A stretch of 64,000 nucleotides of DNA from a bacterium (GTDB lineage: Bacteria; Babelota; Babeliae; Babelales; JABGSX01): NCBI GenBank assembly GCA_018647505.1, contig JABGSX010000006.1, forward strand, positions 245 to 64,244. The letters run 5' to 3'. This document shows positions 36,555 to 46,358 of this stretch, one piece after another; the stretch's first letter is position 1, and every line of letters begins with the position of its first letter. The notes under the pieces were generated by a model that worked only from the letters and a program-made list of their open reading frames with translations, made no database searches and was not told the origin of the DNA. Both the position numbers and the translations under genes were made by a program.

Positions 36555-37018
36555 AATCATTTCTTGTAATCTCTACAATCATTTTTGATCTTGCTGGAGT
36601 AATATTTAATTTCCAACCTTCCGATTTAACACTTGCCTTAAAACAAGATGTTCCTAGCAACCCTTTTTCCGTTTTTGACCAAGGACTTGCTACAGTAAAA
36701 AGATTAAAAGAAAAAAATTTCAAAGTTATTGCTTGCACAAATTTTGGCAAGGGGCCAATGGACCTTTTAAACAAATATCACAAAGACGTAATGGATTTAT
36801 TTGAAGATGTAATTACACCATCTGAATCTAAACACAGTAAACCTGACGCTAGAATGTATTCATACATTTTGAAAAAGCATAACGTTGTAGCAGAAGAATG
36901 TTTATTTATAGATGACTGCCAAAGTAATGCAATAGGCGCAAACGATGTTGGCCTTAATGCAATACATCTAAAAAACTGGGAACAAGCTATAAAAGAACTT
37001 AAAGAATTAGGCCTTTAA
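36551..37018 (+). CDS. HAD-superfamily hydrolase (short)
   Basis: 155 aa. IIFDLAGVIF and LFIDDCQSNAIGANDVG. 4-nt overlap with the upstream HAD gene. Confidence 0.75.
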   Translation: MKSFLVISTIIFDLAGVIFNFQPSDLTLALKQDVPSNPFSVFDQGLATVKRLKEKNFKVIACTNFGKGPMDLLNKYHKDVMDLFEDVITPSESKHSKPDARMYSYILKKHNVVAEECLFIDDCQSNAIGANDVGLNAIHLKNWEQAIKELKELGL

Positions 37019-37840
37019 AGCACTTTCACTTAAAGATTTGGCAAACGCCTCAATTCTCTTGCCAAGAACAAACCTGGAAAATGAATCAAAATGTTTATCT
37101 TTACTCCAACGCTCAAGCACACCGCAAGCTGATTTTGTCAGTTCCGGCATTTTTTTTACAACCAACGCATCTGCAGCAATTTCTTGTCTTACAAATAACC
37201 ATGAAATAACCGGAGAATAAAACCAATTAGTGACAGGCTTTGAAGCATATTTGGCCACAAGACCAAATTTAATCAACCCTGCACACCAATTAACAACTGG
37301 ACCAATAAACTTCCACGAGAAAGAAAGCCCTGGTATTAAAGAGTTAACCTGTGTAGCAACAGCAATGTTAAGCCCCTTAGCCAAAGTTTGAACAAGATAT
37401 GTCTTTTTATAATCACCATTCATGACATGGGCAACTGCATTTGCAAGAAGAAACAACCGATCATTTTCTTTTAATGCATATAGTGTTTGCTCATTGACAT
37501 AAACAAAATTGCACGTTGCAAAAGCACCAAACGCCCTGCTTTTGGATTTCATTTGCCTAAGCTGCAGGCTGTGAGAACAACCCATTTTGTAAACAACAAA
37601 ATCAAACATTTTCTGAGTTTGTTCTGAAACAGAATCTTCGCCAAAGGTCTGTTCATCAAAAGGATCCATAATTGGAACATTTCTTGGAACACCAAGAACA
37701 TGCTTAACTGGAGCAATTTTTACAATTTCTCTTTCTACAGGAGACAAAAATGAACATGAAAAAAATATGAATAAAAAGGATAGAATAAGATTAGAAGATT
37801 TCATAAAACGACCTCCATCGCTTAAAGCAAAACCCCACAT
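37007..37840 (-). CDS. M48-like peptidase homolog with degenerate active site (probable pseudo-enzyme)
   Basis: 277 aa. Aligns by eye with 39223-40089, but HEIAH is replaced by NAVAH. The E..AD block is retained as RQEIAADAL. Has an N-terminal signal/TM segment. Confidence 0.5.
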   Translation of the reverse strand: MWGFALSDGGRFMKSSNLILSFLFIFFSCSFLSPVEREIVKIAPVKHVLGVPRNVPIMDPFDEQTFGEDSVSEQTQKMFDFVVYKMGCSHSLQLRQMKSKSRAFGAFATCNFVYVNEQTLYALKENDRLFLLANAVAHVMNGDYKKTYLVQTLAKGLNIAVATQVNSLIPGLSFSWKFIGPVVNWCAGLIKFGLVAKYASKPVTNWFYSPVISWLFVRQEIAADALVVKKMPELTKSACGVLERWSKDKHFDSFSRFVLGKRIEAFAKSLSESALKA

Positions 37841-37894
37841 TTAAAAATCTAAATACGTATTTTTTAATATACTAAAAAAAACAAAATTGTCCAT

Positions 37895-39124
37895 TTACTT
37901 AAGCATTTGCTCTATAGCAAACAAGAACAATTCAACTTCTTTTAGCGTGTTATAAACATGAAAACTTACACGAATTGACGCCTTTATTCCAAGTTCTTTA
38001 TGAAGAGGCTGGGCACAGTGATGACCCGCACGAACACAAATATTTTTCGTATCCAAATATGCGGCAACATCATGTGCATGAACATCAAATACGTCTTCTA
38101 CAACAAAGGAAACAAGGTGCCCAGAATTTTTAAGCTGTTCAACAGGACCCAAAATACGAATCTGCTCAAATTGCGACAAACCATCTATTGTTCGCGTACA
38201 CAATGACGCCTCATGATTTTTTAAGCTTTCCCAACCAATATTATCTTTATAATAATCTATGGCAGCACCTAGCCCAACAACCTGCGCAATTGGTGGAGTC
38301 CCTGCCTCATATCTGTAGGGAGGTTGTTGAAATGTTGATTGATCATAAAAAACTTCACAAACCATTGAGCCCCCAAATTGGTATGGTGCAACCTCATCTT
38401 GAATGGATTTTTTTATGTACAAAATACCAACACCAGAAGGACCAAGCATTTTATGACTTGAAAAAACAAGAAAGTCACAATCCAAACTTTTAACATCTAT
38501 TTTTTTGTGTGGTGAAGACTGTGCAGCATCGATTAAAACTTTTGCGCCAACACTTTTTGCTGCGCTAACAATTTTTTTCACAGGAGCATGAGTTCCCAAA
38601 ACATTCGAAACATGCGCAAAGGAAACCAATTTTGTTTTTTTTGTTATAATTTGGTCAAGATTTGTAAGATCTAAATAACCATCTTTTGTAATTGGTATAA
38701 ACTTTAAAATTACGCCTTTTTTGAGAGCAATTTGCTGCCAAGGAATAAGATTAGAATGGTGCTCAAGATGCGTTAGAACAATTTCATCACCCTTTTTCAA
38801 ATGCTTTTGTGCCCATGCTGTCGCTACAAAATTGATTCCCTCGGTTGTTCCTTTGGTAAAAATAACTTCACATGCATCTGAAGCCCCAATAAAATTTTTT
38901 ATCTTTCTTCGAACATCTTCATACACAATTGTTGATTTTTCACCCAAAGAATAAATCCCTCTGTGAACAGGAGCATACTCATAAGAATAAAAATCATGTA
39001 ATTTTTGAATTACCGAATTAGGTTTTTGAGATGTTGCAGCACTGTCAAGATAAATAAGTTCATCCGAAATATTTTTCGAAAGAAAAGGAAAATCTTTGCG
39101 ACACATTTTAATAACCCAAGCCAT
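37895..39124 (-). CDS. sufS: Cysteine desulfurase SufS (class V aminotransferase)
   Basis: 409 aa. PLP-lysine context SSHKMLGP and catalytic Cys RAGHHCAQP. Confidence 0.95.
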   Translation of the reverse strand: MAWVIKMCRKDFPFLSKNISDELIYLDSAATSQKPNSVIQKLHDFYSYEYAPVHRGIYSLGEKSTIVYEDVRRKIKNFIGASDACEVIFTKGTTEGINFVATAWAQKHLKKGDEIVLTHLEHHSNLIPWQQIALKKGVILKFIPITKDGYLDLTNLDQIITKKTKLVSFAHVSNVLGTHAPVKKIVSAAKSVGAKVLIDAAQSSPHKKIDVKSLDCDFLVFSSHKMLGPSGVGILYIKKSIQDEVAPYQFGGSMVCEVFYDQSTFQQPPYRYEAGTPPIAQVVGLGAAIDYYKDNIGWESLKNHEASLCTRTIDGLSQFEQIRILGPVEQLKNSGHLVSFVVEDVFDVHAHDVAAYLDTKNICVRAGHHCAQPLHKELGIKASIRVSFHVYNTLKEVELFLFAIEQMLK

Positions 39125-39222
39125 ATTTTAAAGAGCTAAACACACTACAAAATTATTCTATCTCACAAAATTAAAATGGTAAAATTTTAGCAATTCAAAA
39201 ATGAATATCTTAAATCATCAAA

Positions 39223-40089
39223 TTAGGCCAACACATTTTCAATTTCCATATCTGTTGCCCCCAGTTTTTTTGCCATTTCAATTGCATATTTTTTTCTGGA
39301 ATTTATTGAAGGATGCGTCAGCTGAACTGAACGCAATCTTTTAAGCCAAGAATACTGTCTACCAGAAAAAGAACCTTTTTCTAGCTGATTTCCATATTGA
39401 CTAAAAAATGTAACTGCACCTAAAGCACTTTCTTTACTATCTACAATGGCCGCCTTGTCTGCTCTTTTTTCAGCAAATTTTGAACATAAAGAAAAAACTA
39501 TAAACGGAATCATTAAAGCAAAAAAACTAGAATATAAAGATACTGTTGGAGCAACCAAATAATAACCGAACTGAAAAAAAAGACCAAGGAAAAGGCCTTT
39601 AAAAAAAATCCCAGGAAATTTTGCATCTTCGTATAAGCAGTGAGCAATTTCATGCCTGATTACAAAAGAATATTTACCAATTTCATTACAGGACAGCTTA
39701 TCAAACTCTTTTTCCTCAAAAATATGAACATTGTTTCCCGAAGCAAAATATTTGAATTTTTCATTCTTACAACCCTTGAACATAATTTTTTTGGAAAAAT
39801 TTTTTGGCTTAATATCGTTTAGACACTTGTTTGCGAGTTTTTTCATTGGCTCAGACATTACAACATTACGTTGTTTTTTTACAATTCGTCCTACAAGTAA
39901 TAAATATGAAATAAAAATTAAAACAGTTGGAAGAAAAATACTGATGTATTCATCGGCTAAATGGAAAGAAACAGGAATTGATAGTAAATCAAATAAAATA
40001 AAAACAAGAGCGCAACACGCTATAAATAAAAAAATATAATTTAGAAGCAAAAAAGCAAAATTAAATATTTTTTTTAAGCTAAACATCAC
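39223..40089 (-). CDS. Membrane M48-family-like zinc metallopeptidase
   Basis: 288 aa. HEIAH zinc motif, downstream EKRADKAAI and THPSINSR blocks, several TM helices. Confidence 0.6.
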   Translation of the reverse strand: MMFSLKKIFNFAFLLLNYIFLFIACCALVFILFDLLSIPVSFHLADEYISIFLPTVLIFISYLLLVGRIVKKQRNVVMSEPMKKLANKCLNDIKPKNFSKKIMFKGCKNEKFKYFASGNNVHIFEEKEFDKLSCNEIGKYSFVIRHEIAHCLYEDAKFPGIFFKGLFLGLFFQFGYYLVAPTVSLYSSFFALMIPFIVFSLCSKFAEKRADKAAIVDSKESALGAVTFFSQYGNQLEKGSFSGRQYSWLKRLRSVQLTHPSINSRKKYAIEMAKKLGATDMEIENVLA

Positions 40090-40157
40090 TCAACCTCCTT
40101 TAAACAAAAATCGTAATCTATTAAAAATATATTAATAATATTACAATTTGTCAAGAT

Positions 40158-40976
40158 TTAAGCAATATCTAGACCTAAAAAACCATTAATTAAAAGTTTA
40201 TTTGCCTCTTCAATATCAATGCCAAATAGTTGGCAATAGGCTATCTGTTCCTCATCTAGGTAACCGCTTGTACTTCCATGTGAACACTCAACATTATTGT
40301 TTAAAATTTCCAATGAAGGGGTTGAAATCACTTGAGAGTTTTTGGAAAGAATAATATTTTTGTTCGCCTGGGTTGCAACACTCTTATTCGCGTTTTTGTC
40401 GATATATATTTTTCCATTGTACTCAAGCCGAGCACCGCTGTTCACAACCGATTTGACCAACACCGTTGTTCTTGCATTGCAATCTAAATGACTTTGCTCT
40501 GTAAAAACAATAGCCTTTTTGTTCGGTTTTATGTCCATACCAATTTTTAAATCTATGCTTCCACCTTCTCCAACACACTTTAACAAATATTTATGCTCAA
40601 CAACATTGTCTACTAAAACCCTTCCGCTAACAACAATAGAGGAATTCAAATCAGCAAAAAAGTTACGTGATAGCTCCTCGCTACGATCCAAGCCATTTTT
40701 AACTTTAATATTTAAAAAACTATTTTTTGATGCAAGATAAGTAACCTTGTTTACGCCAAAATTATCTGTTACTACACATTTTTGCTCTGCTATTAATAAA
40801 ACCTTGTTGTTCCGTTTGCATAGCTTATCAACATTAATATCGTTACCATCTACAGCAAAAATAATCCAATCAAAAAACAAATCGGATAGAAAGCTTACAA
40901 AATATTTTTCCGCCTTTTTGGGGTATTTCGCACAAAAGTCATACTTGGAAAATAATAACACTTGCTGACGTTCCAT
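40158..40976 (-). CDS. sufD: Fe-S cluster assembly protein SufD (short form)
   Basis: 272 aa. Beta-helix-like repeat region and C-terminal ...ANKLLINGFL, similar to the SufB C-terminus. Located directly after sufB. Confidence 0.8.
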   Translation of the reverse strand: MERQQVLLFSKYDFCAKYPKKAEKYFVSFLSDLFFDWIIFAVDGNDINVDKLCKRNNKVLLIAEQKCVVTDNFGVNKVTYLASKNSFLNIKVKNGLDRSEELSRNFFADLNSSIVVSGRVLVDNVVEHKYLLKCVGEGGSIDLKIGMDIKPNKKAIVFTEQSHLDCNARTTVLVKSVVNSGARLEYNGKIYIDKNANKSVATQANKNIILSKNSQVISTPSLEILNNNVECSHGSTSGYLDEEQIAYCQLFGIDIEEANKLLINGFLGLDIA

Positions 40977-42349
40977 TATCCTACAGATCCTTCCATTTCC
41001 AGATCAATAAGCCTGCTAATTTCAACCGCATATTCATCAGGAAGTTCGCAAATGAATGGTTCTAAAAATCCGTTAACAACAAGTGATCGCGCAGCTTGTT
41101 CATTAATCCCATTTAGCATAAGATACTCAAGCTTTTCCTCGTTTATTTTACTCACAAAAGCCTCATGCTCAACACACGCTTTTTGTTCTTTAACATCAAT
41201 TTTTGGGTAAGTATCAGAACGAGAACATTCATCTAAGATTAGTGAATCACATTGCACTTTACTTCTGGCCCCAGTTGCCCCTTTTGCCACCGACACCAGA
41301 CCTCTATAACTTACTCTTCCACCATCTTTGCAAATAGATTTAGAAATAACATGCGAACTTGTATCTGCCCCTAAGTGAATAATTTTTGCACCCGAATCTT
41401 GGTGTTGCCCTTCTTTAGCAACAGATATAGAAACTACCTCGCCCCTAGCACCCTGTTCTTTTAATACCATACATGGATATTTCATTGTAACTTTGCTACC
41501 AAAATTTCCATCAACCCATTGCATGGTTGCATTTTTATAAACAAAAGCTCGTTTTGTCACCAGATTATAAACGTTTGAAGTCCAATTTTGTATCGTGCTG
41601 TATTTAATGGATGAGTTTTCCATAGCAACAATTTCTACTACAGCACTGTGCAAAGAATGAGCCCTGTACACAGGAGCGCTGCACCCTTCAACATAATGGA
41701 ACTTTGAACCTTTTTCTGCAATAATCAACGTCCGCTCAAACTGGCCAAACTGCTCCGCCTCAATCCTAAAGTAAGTTTGTAAAGGTTGGTCTATTTCTAC
41801 CCCGCAAGGAACATATACAAAGCTTCCACCACTCCATACAGCACTGTTAAGAGCAGCAAGCTTATGTTCACTTTGCGAAACAACCGATGCAAAATATTTT
41901 TTCACAATTTGCGGATGTAACCTAACCCCATCATCCATGCTGCAAAAAATTACGCCCTTATCCGAATATTGCTTTTTTATATTTTTGTAAATTATCTCAG
42001 AATCAAACTGCGCACCAAGTCCGGCCAACATTTCTTTTTCTGCTTGAGGAACCCCAATGCGATCGAAAGTCTTTTTTATATTCTCAGGGACATCTTCCCA
42101 TGTACGTTTTTTTTCATTTACTGGCTGCACGTAATAAAAAAGATCATCAAAATCAAGAGCACTAATATCTGGACCCCACGTTGGAACCTTCAACTTGTAA
42201 AACATTTCCAAAGAGAAAAGTCTAAAGTCTGTCATCCAACCTGGTTCATTTTTTCTATCGGAAATTTCGGATACAATTTGTTTGCTTAAGCCCTTTTGGC
42301 GAACTGAAAAAAAAGGCTTAGACTGCTCTCGCTGTTGCATATTCGTCAA
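40976..42349 (-). CDS. sufB: Fe-S cluster assembly protein SufB
   Basis: 457 aa. FHYVEGCSAP block and conserved C-terminal half. The true start may be a few codons downstream of the ORF-track start. Confidence 0.95.
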   Translation of the reverse strand: MTNMQQREQSKPFFSVRQKGLSKQIVSEISDRKNEPGWMTDFRLFSLEMFYKLKVPTWGPDISALDFDDLFYYVQPVNEKKRTWEDVPENIKKTFDRIGVPQAEKEMLAGLGAQFDSEIIYKNIKKQYSDKGVIFCSMDDGVRLHPQIVKKYFASVVSQSEHKLAALNSAVWSGGSFVYVPCGVEIDQPLQTYFRIEAEQFGQFERTLIIAEKGSKFHYVEGCSAPVYRAHSLHSAVVEIVAMENSSIKYSTIQNWTSNVYNLVTKRAFVYKNATMQWVDGNFGSKVTMKYPCMVLKEQGARGEVVSISVAKEGQHQDSGAKIIHLGADTSSHVISKSICKDGGRVSYRGLVSVAKGATGARSKVQCDSLILDECSRSDTYPKIDVKEQKACVEHEAFVSKINEEKLEYLMLNGINEQAARSLVVNGFLEPFICELPDEYAVEISRLIDLEMEGSVG

Positions 42350-43070
42350 ATCCTTTTTGTTCTATTTCTAAAGCCAATTTCCGGTCTCCAGACCGTATTA
42401 TTTTACCTTTACGAATAACATGAACAGAGTCAAAATCAATCGTATTTAAAAGACGGGTAGAATGTGAAATTATAATTACAGAGAAATCTGGATTTTTTTT
42501 TTTCATAATTAACAAAGACTTAGAAACTAATCCCAGAGAGTCAACATCGAGCCCAGAATCAATCTCATCTAAAATAACAATCTTTGGCTGCAACGAAAGC
42601 ATCTGTAGTAACTCTATTTTTTTCTTTTCTCCACCAGAAAATCCATCATTCAAACTTTTGTCCAAAAATGATAAATCTATATTTAATGTCTTACACAACA
42701 AAGCAACATCCTCATGAAATTCAAACAGAGAAAAATCTGCTCCAGTGATAGCTTTCTTGGCCTCTTTTAAAAAAGAAAAAACAGAAACCCCTTCAATAAT
42801 CGGCGGACTTTGAACACCCAAAAACAAACCCATTCTGGCACGCTCGAACATTTTCTTTTCGGTAATATCTTGGCCATCAAATAATATTTTTCCCGATGTA
42901 ACAGAATATTTGGGATGCCCCATAATGGTGTAAGCTAAAGAGCTTTTCCCTGCACCATTTTGCCCCATTAAAAGATGTGTTGTACCAGGCCTCAGACGGA
43001 GAGAGCACTCATCCACAACGCACGTTGAATTAACCAAAGAAGACAATTTAGAAACTGATAACACATACAT
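42318..43070 (-). CDS. sufC: Fe-S cluster assembly ATPase SufC
   Basis: 250 aa. Walker A GQNGAGKS, ABC signature FSGGEKKK, Walker B ILDEIDSGLD. Confidence 0.95.
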   Translation of the reverse strand: MYVLSVSKLSSLVNSTCVVDECSLRLRPGTTHLLMGQNGAGKSSLAYTIMGHPKYSVTSGKILFDGQDITEKKMFERARMGLFLGVQSPPIIEGVSVFSFLKEAKKAITGADFSLFEFHEDVALLCKTLNIDLSFLDKSLNDGFSGGEKKKIELLQMLSLQPKIVILDEIDSGLDVDSLGLVSKSLLIMKKKNPDFSVIIISHSTRLLNTIDFDSVHVIRKGKIIRSGDRKLALEIEQKGFDEYATARAV

Positions 43071-43091
43071 TATTAATATCTCTATAAAAAA

Positions 43092-43535
43092 TTATTCGGA
43101 AAGGAAAGAAAGACATTCTGATGAACGTTCACGTATCGCACAAAAATCTGCTAGCTTCAACCAGTAAGAAATAAATTTTTTACCGCCAACATCCTTTAAT
43201 CCTATAAGATAGGATCTTTTTTTATACTCATTAAGCATTTCATTGAACATATCTGAGTCATAGCGAAGCGGAAAAGAAAAAGACTTTTCCCTTAGTCCCA
43301 TTTGGCCAATAACACGATCGGCTAAAAGTTTAGACAATTTAACTCCAGCCGTGAACTCAACACTACCATAGCTTACAGGCTTACATGTCGTAAGGCCTTT
43401 ATCATCAGCAACAAGCTGTAAATTAACGACAATTAATGAAAACAACAGGAAAAGATACTTTTTTTCTAAAGTCATAATATTTACTCCAAAAATTAAAAGG
43501 GATTTAATGTTTAAAAAGTATAGCGAATAAAGCAC
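43092..43535 (-). CDS. Hypothetical secreted protein
   Basis: 147 aa ORF. Probable start at the internal MTLEKKYLFLLFSLIVVNLQLVA. No motif recognised. Confidence 0.5.
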   Translation of the reverse strand: MLYSLYFLNIKSLLIFGVNIMTLEKKYLFLLFSLIVVNLQLVADDKGLTTCKPVSYGSVEFTAGVKLSKLLADRVIGQMGLREKSFSFPLRYDSDMFNEMLNEYKKRSYLIGLKDVGGKKFISYWLKLADFCAIRERSSECLSFLSE

Positions 43536-43587
43536 TTAACATCAATTTGAACTTTGGAATAAACGACTGCGGTTAAAGCTTGCAAAC

Positions 43588-44760
43588 TTACAAAATAACC
43601 CGCACAAATTCCTGCATAGAAATAATGCCATCTTTTACTTTTTGCAGACCATCTTCTTTTAGTGTTTTCATGCCATCTAATTCGGCCTGTTTGTGTATTT
43701 TGTCAAAATGAGGATCGTGTATAATAAGCGAACGAAGATTACTTGTCATTTTTAATAACTCAAACAATCCAACCCGACCTTTATAACCAACATTACAGCA
43801 TTTTTGGCAACCAGAAGACTTCCAAAGAGTTTTTAAGTCCAACTTTAATCGACGTAATATTGTTTTTTCATGTTCGTCAGGTAAAATTTGTTTTTTGCAG
43901 TTCTGGCACAACTTTCTGGCAAGTCGCTGCGCCAACACACCAGAAACAGAAGCATTAATTAAAAACGGCTCAACACCCATATCAAGCAATCGCATAATGG
44001 CGCCAGGGGCATCATTAGTATGCAGCGTGCTAAAAACCAAATGCCCGGTAAGAGCAGCTTCGACAGCTACTCCAGCAGTTTCTTTATCACGAATTTCACC
44101 AATCATAGCAATGTCTGGGTCTTGTCTTAATAAAGAACGCATTCCCTTTGCAAAAGTGAATCCCGCCTGATTGTTAACCTGTCCCTGAACAACACCATCG
44201 ATATTGTACTCAACAGGGTCTTCCAATGTTATAATATTTTTTTCTGGACTTTTAAACTCAGAGAGCGTCGCATATAACGTTGTCGTCTTTCCAGAACCAG
44301 TTGGCCCTGTAACCAGAAAAAATCCACTTGAATGTGATACAAGGTCTCGATACAAACTCAAAACATCTTCTTCAAAGCCAAGTTCGTCCAATGATAATGT
44401 CTGATTTGAGCTATCTAAAATCCTGATAACTACATTTTCGCCATAAATAGAAGGAAATGTGGAAACTCGAAGATCAACCGTCCGGTCCAACAAAAAAAAA
44501 TTGAACTTACCATCCTGTGGAATGCGCTTTTCGGAGATGTCTATATTAGCTAAAACTTTAACTCGAGATACAACCTGTTGTTTAACGGAATCCGAAAGGG
44601 AGCCAACAGGGATTAACACTCCATCGACACGGCAACGCACATTCAGGCAATTTTTGCTAGGCTCAAGGTGAATGTCTGACGCCCTGTATGATACCGCATT
44701 TTCAATTAGCTCACTAACAGTCTCAACAACTGAAAGATCACCCCTTACTTCAAACAACAT
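43588..44760 (-). CDS. Type IV pilus / type II secretion ATPase (PilB/GspE family), N2 + ATPase part
   Basis: 390 aa. ASDIHLEP, Walker A GPTGSGKTTT, Walker B and His-box region, tetracysteine CQNC...CQKC. Confidence 0.9.
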   Translation of the reverse strand: MLFEVRGDLSVVETVSELIENAVSYRASDIHLEPSKNCLNVRCRVDGVLIPVGSLSDSVKQQVVSRVKVLANIDISEKRIPQDGKFNFFLLDRTVDLRVSTFPSIYGENVVIRILDSSNQTLSLDELGFEEDVLSLYRDLVSHSSGFFLVTGPTGSGKTTTLYATLSEFKSPEKNIITLEDPVEYNIDGVVQGQVNNQAGFTFAKGMRSLLRQDPDIAMIGEIRDKETAGVAVEAALTGHLVFSTLHTNDAPGAIMRLLDMGVEPFLINASVSGVLAQRLARKLCQNCKKQILPDEHEKTILRRLKLDLKTLWKSSGCQKCCNVGYKGRVGLFELLKMTSNLRSLIIHDPHFDKIHKQAELDGMKTLKEDGLQKVKDGIISMQEFVRVIL

Positions 44761-44784
44761 GCTCTTTACCTTTTTTTCAACTAG

Positions 44785-45243
44785 CTACTCACCAGGAGCA
44801 GAATCATAATACTCACGAATAGAATCTAAGATCCCTTGATAAATGCCAACTCTAAATTGAATGTCATATGAAACATGCTCACCAATTTTTGCCAATAACT
44901 CTTGATCGCTTGGGTCATTAGCAACCATAATTAAAATGTTCTCATCACGCTCTACCGGTACGACAACATTGCGAATTAAAAAGTCTTTGGGAAAAACATG
45001 TAATAAATCTTTTTTGAAAAAATATCCACGGCAGTCAAAGCTAGGAACGTCATAATGCTGACTTAAAACTTTAAGCAAATCATCCTTAGCAATAATTCCC
45101 TCACTTAAAAGAAAATCATCAAATGATTCCTTCGCTCGATGAGAAAAAGACTCCTGAAGCTGAAACGATTCCTCAAGTGATATTAAGTTGTTTTTGGTCA
45201 ATAGCTTCACAACTTCTCTTACAAAAACCTTTTTTTTCGACAT
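44785..45243 (-). CDS. GspE/PilB N-terminal (T2SSE_N-type) domain protein, in frame with the ATPase ORF
   Basis: 152 aa, with the typical ...VPVERDENILIMVANDPSDQELLAKIGE block. Separated from the ATPase ORF only by one TAG and 8 sense codons in the same frame. Confidence 0.8.
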   Translation of the reverse strand: MSKKKVFVREVVKLLTKNNLISLEESFQLQESFSHRAKESFDDFLLSEGIIAKDDLLKVLSQHYDVPSFDCRGYFFKKDLLHVFPKDFLIRNVVVPVERDENILIMVANDPSDQELLAKIGEHVSYDIQFRVGIYQGILDSIREYYDSAPGE

Positions 45244-45254
45244 AAATTCGCCTC

Positions 45255-45662
45255 TTAACCTACTTTATACCCAATTAGAAAACCAACGCCAAAACCAGCA
45301 GAATACGGAGCATTCGCTTTTACCCAATCAACACAGGCATAAAAAACGGCCTCTAAACCTGTTATGTTGTTTGATGATAAAAATGTCTGTACAGAGTCCC
45401 AATGAAATGTAATGAATCCTGATGATTCAAAATATTTCAGAGAAATCACCAAAATAATCATAGCCACAAAAAGATAACGAAAATATTTTTTGAATAAAAA
45501 ACCAGAGAAGAAACCAATTCCAAAGTAAGTCGCAATTTCAATAAGCTGAGATTGAGAAAAATCAAATTTCCCTTTTACACTATCCCAACTGATTTTATCT
45601 TTTACTGTGTCAAGGACTCCCCTTGTTGTTTCTTTAGTAGCTTCGGCAGCTGTATAATCCAT
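45255..45662 (-). CDS. Small membrane protein, FUN14-like (tentative)
   Basis: 135 aa. Three hydrophobic helices with a Gly-rich GIGFFSGFLFKK segment. Family call is from memory only. Confidence 0.45.
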   Translation of the reverse strand: MDYTAAEATKETTRGVLDTVKDKISWDSVKGKFDFSQSQLIEIATYFGIGFFSGFLFKKYFRYLFVAMIILVISLKYFESSGFITFHWDSVQTFLSSNNITGLEAVFYACVDWVKANAPYSAGFGVGFLIGYKVG

Positions 45663-45870
45663 GATTTACCTTTCAATTCAATTACAAACTTCACATCCAT
45701 TTAATATTATTTATTTAAGCACGAGAAGAGCAACTTGTCTAGATCCAGAATCACACACAACCTATTAATATGACCAATTAGAAACCCAAATATTCACCGT
45801 CTAGAAGAAACTGCAAATGAAAATAGTTGGATAATCACCAGGGCCACTTTTTAGAAAAAAACACAATAAA

Positions 45871-45898
45871 AGAGAGGCGCCTTTTACGGCGCCTCTCT
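45871..45898 (-). terminator. Rho-independent terminator after hup
   Basis: AGAGAGGCGCC (45871-45881) pairs with GGCGCCTCTCT (45888-45898). A T-rich tract follows on the minus strand. Confidence 0.85.
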
Positions 45899-45921
45899 TA
45901 AAACCTTTGGCTAGAAAAGTA

Positions 45922-46194
45922 TTAGGCAACTAATTCTCTCAAAGCTTTACCTGGTTTGAATTTAGGAACTTTTTTAGCAGGAATTTGCATTTTTTTACCT
46001 GTTGCAGGGTTAATGCCGACTCTGCTTTTTCTCTTCATAACCGAGAATGTTCCAAATCCTGTGAGAACAACAGCATTATTTTGCTTTAATCCACCTTTAA
46101 CTGTTGCGATAAAGGCTTCTAGTGCAGCCTTGCAAGCAGCTTTTGACAGCTTAGCATGTTTTGCCATTTGTTCAACCAATTTTGCCTTATTCAT
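45922..46194 (-). CDS. hup: DNA-binding protein HU
   Basis: 90 aa. MNKAKLVEQMA..., GFGTFSV, RVGINPATGKKMQIPAKKVPKFKPGKAL. Confidence 0.95.
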   Translation of the reverse strand: MNKAKLVEQMAKHAKLSKAACKAALEAFIATVKGGLKQNNAVVLTGFGTFSVMKRKSRVGINPATGKKMQIPAKKVPKFKPGKALRELVA

Positions 46195-46319
46195 AACTTC
46201 CCTTCAAAATCTTTTCAGCCTCGGCAAATCACTAGTACTTATCTGGTACATTAATCTCTGAAGAACTTTTGTCAAGTGATTTTTTCAAAAAAAACATAGT
46301 ATTTTTGGGGGCAACAAAA

Positions 46320-46340
46320 AAGGGCTTAGTTAAAAGCCCT
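46320..46340. terminator. Hairpin terminator downstream of the tRNA pair
   Basis: AAGGGCTT (46320-46327) pairs with AAGCCCTT (46333-46340), flanked by A and T runs. Confidence 0.6.
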
Positions 46341-46358
46341 TTTTTGTTTTTGTAAATT

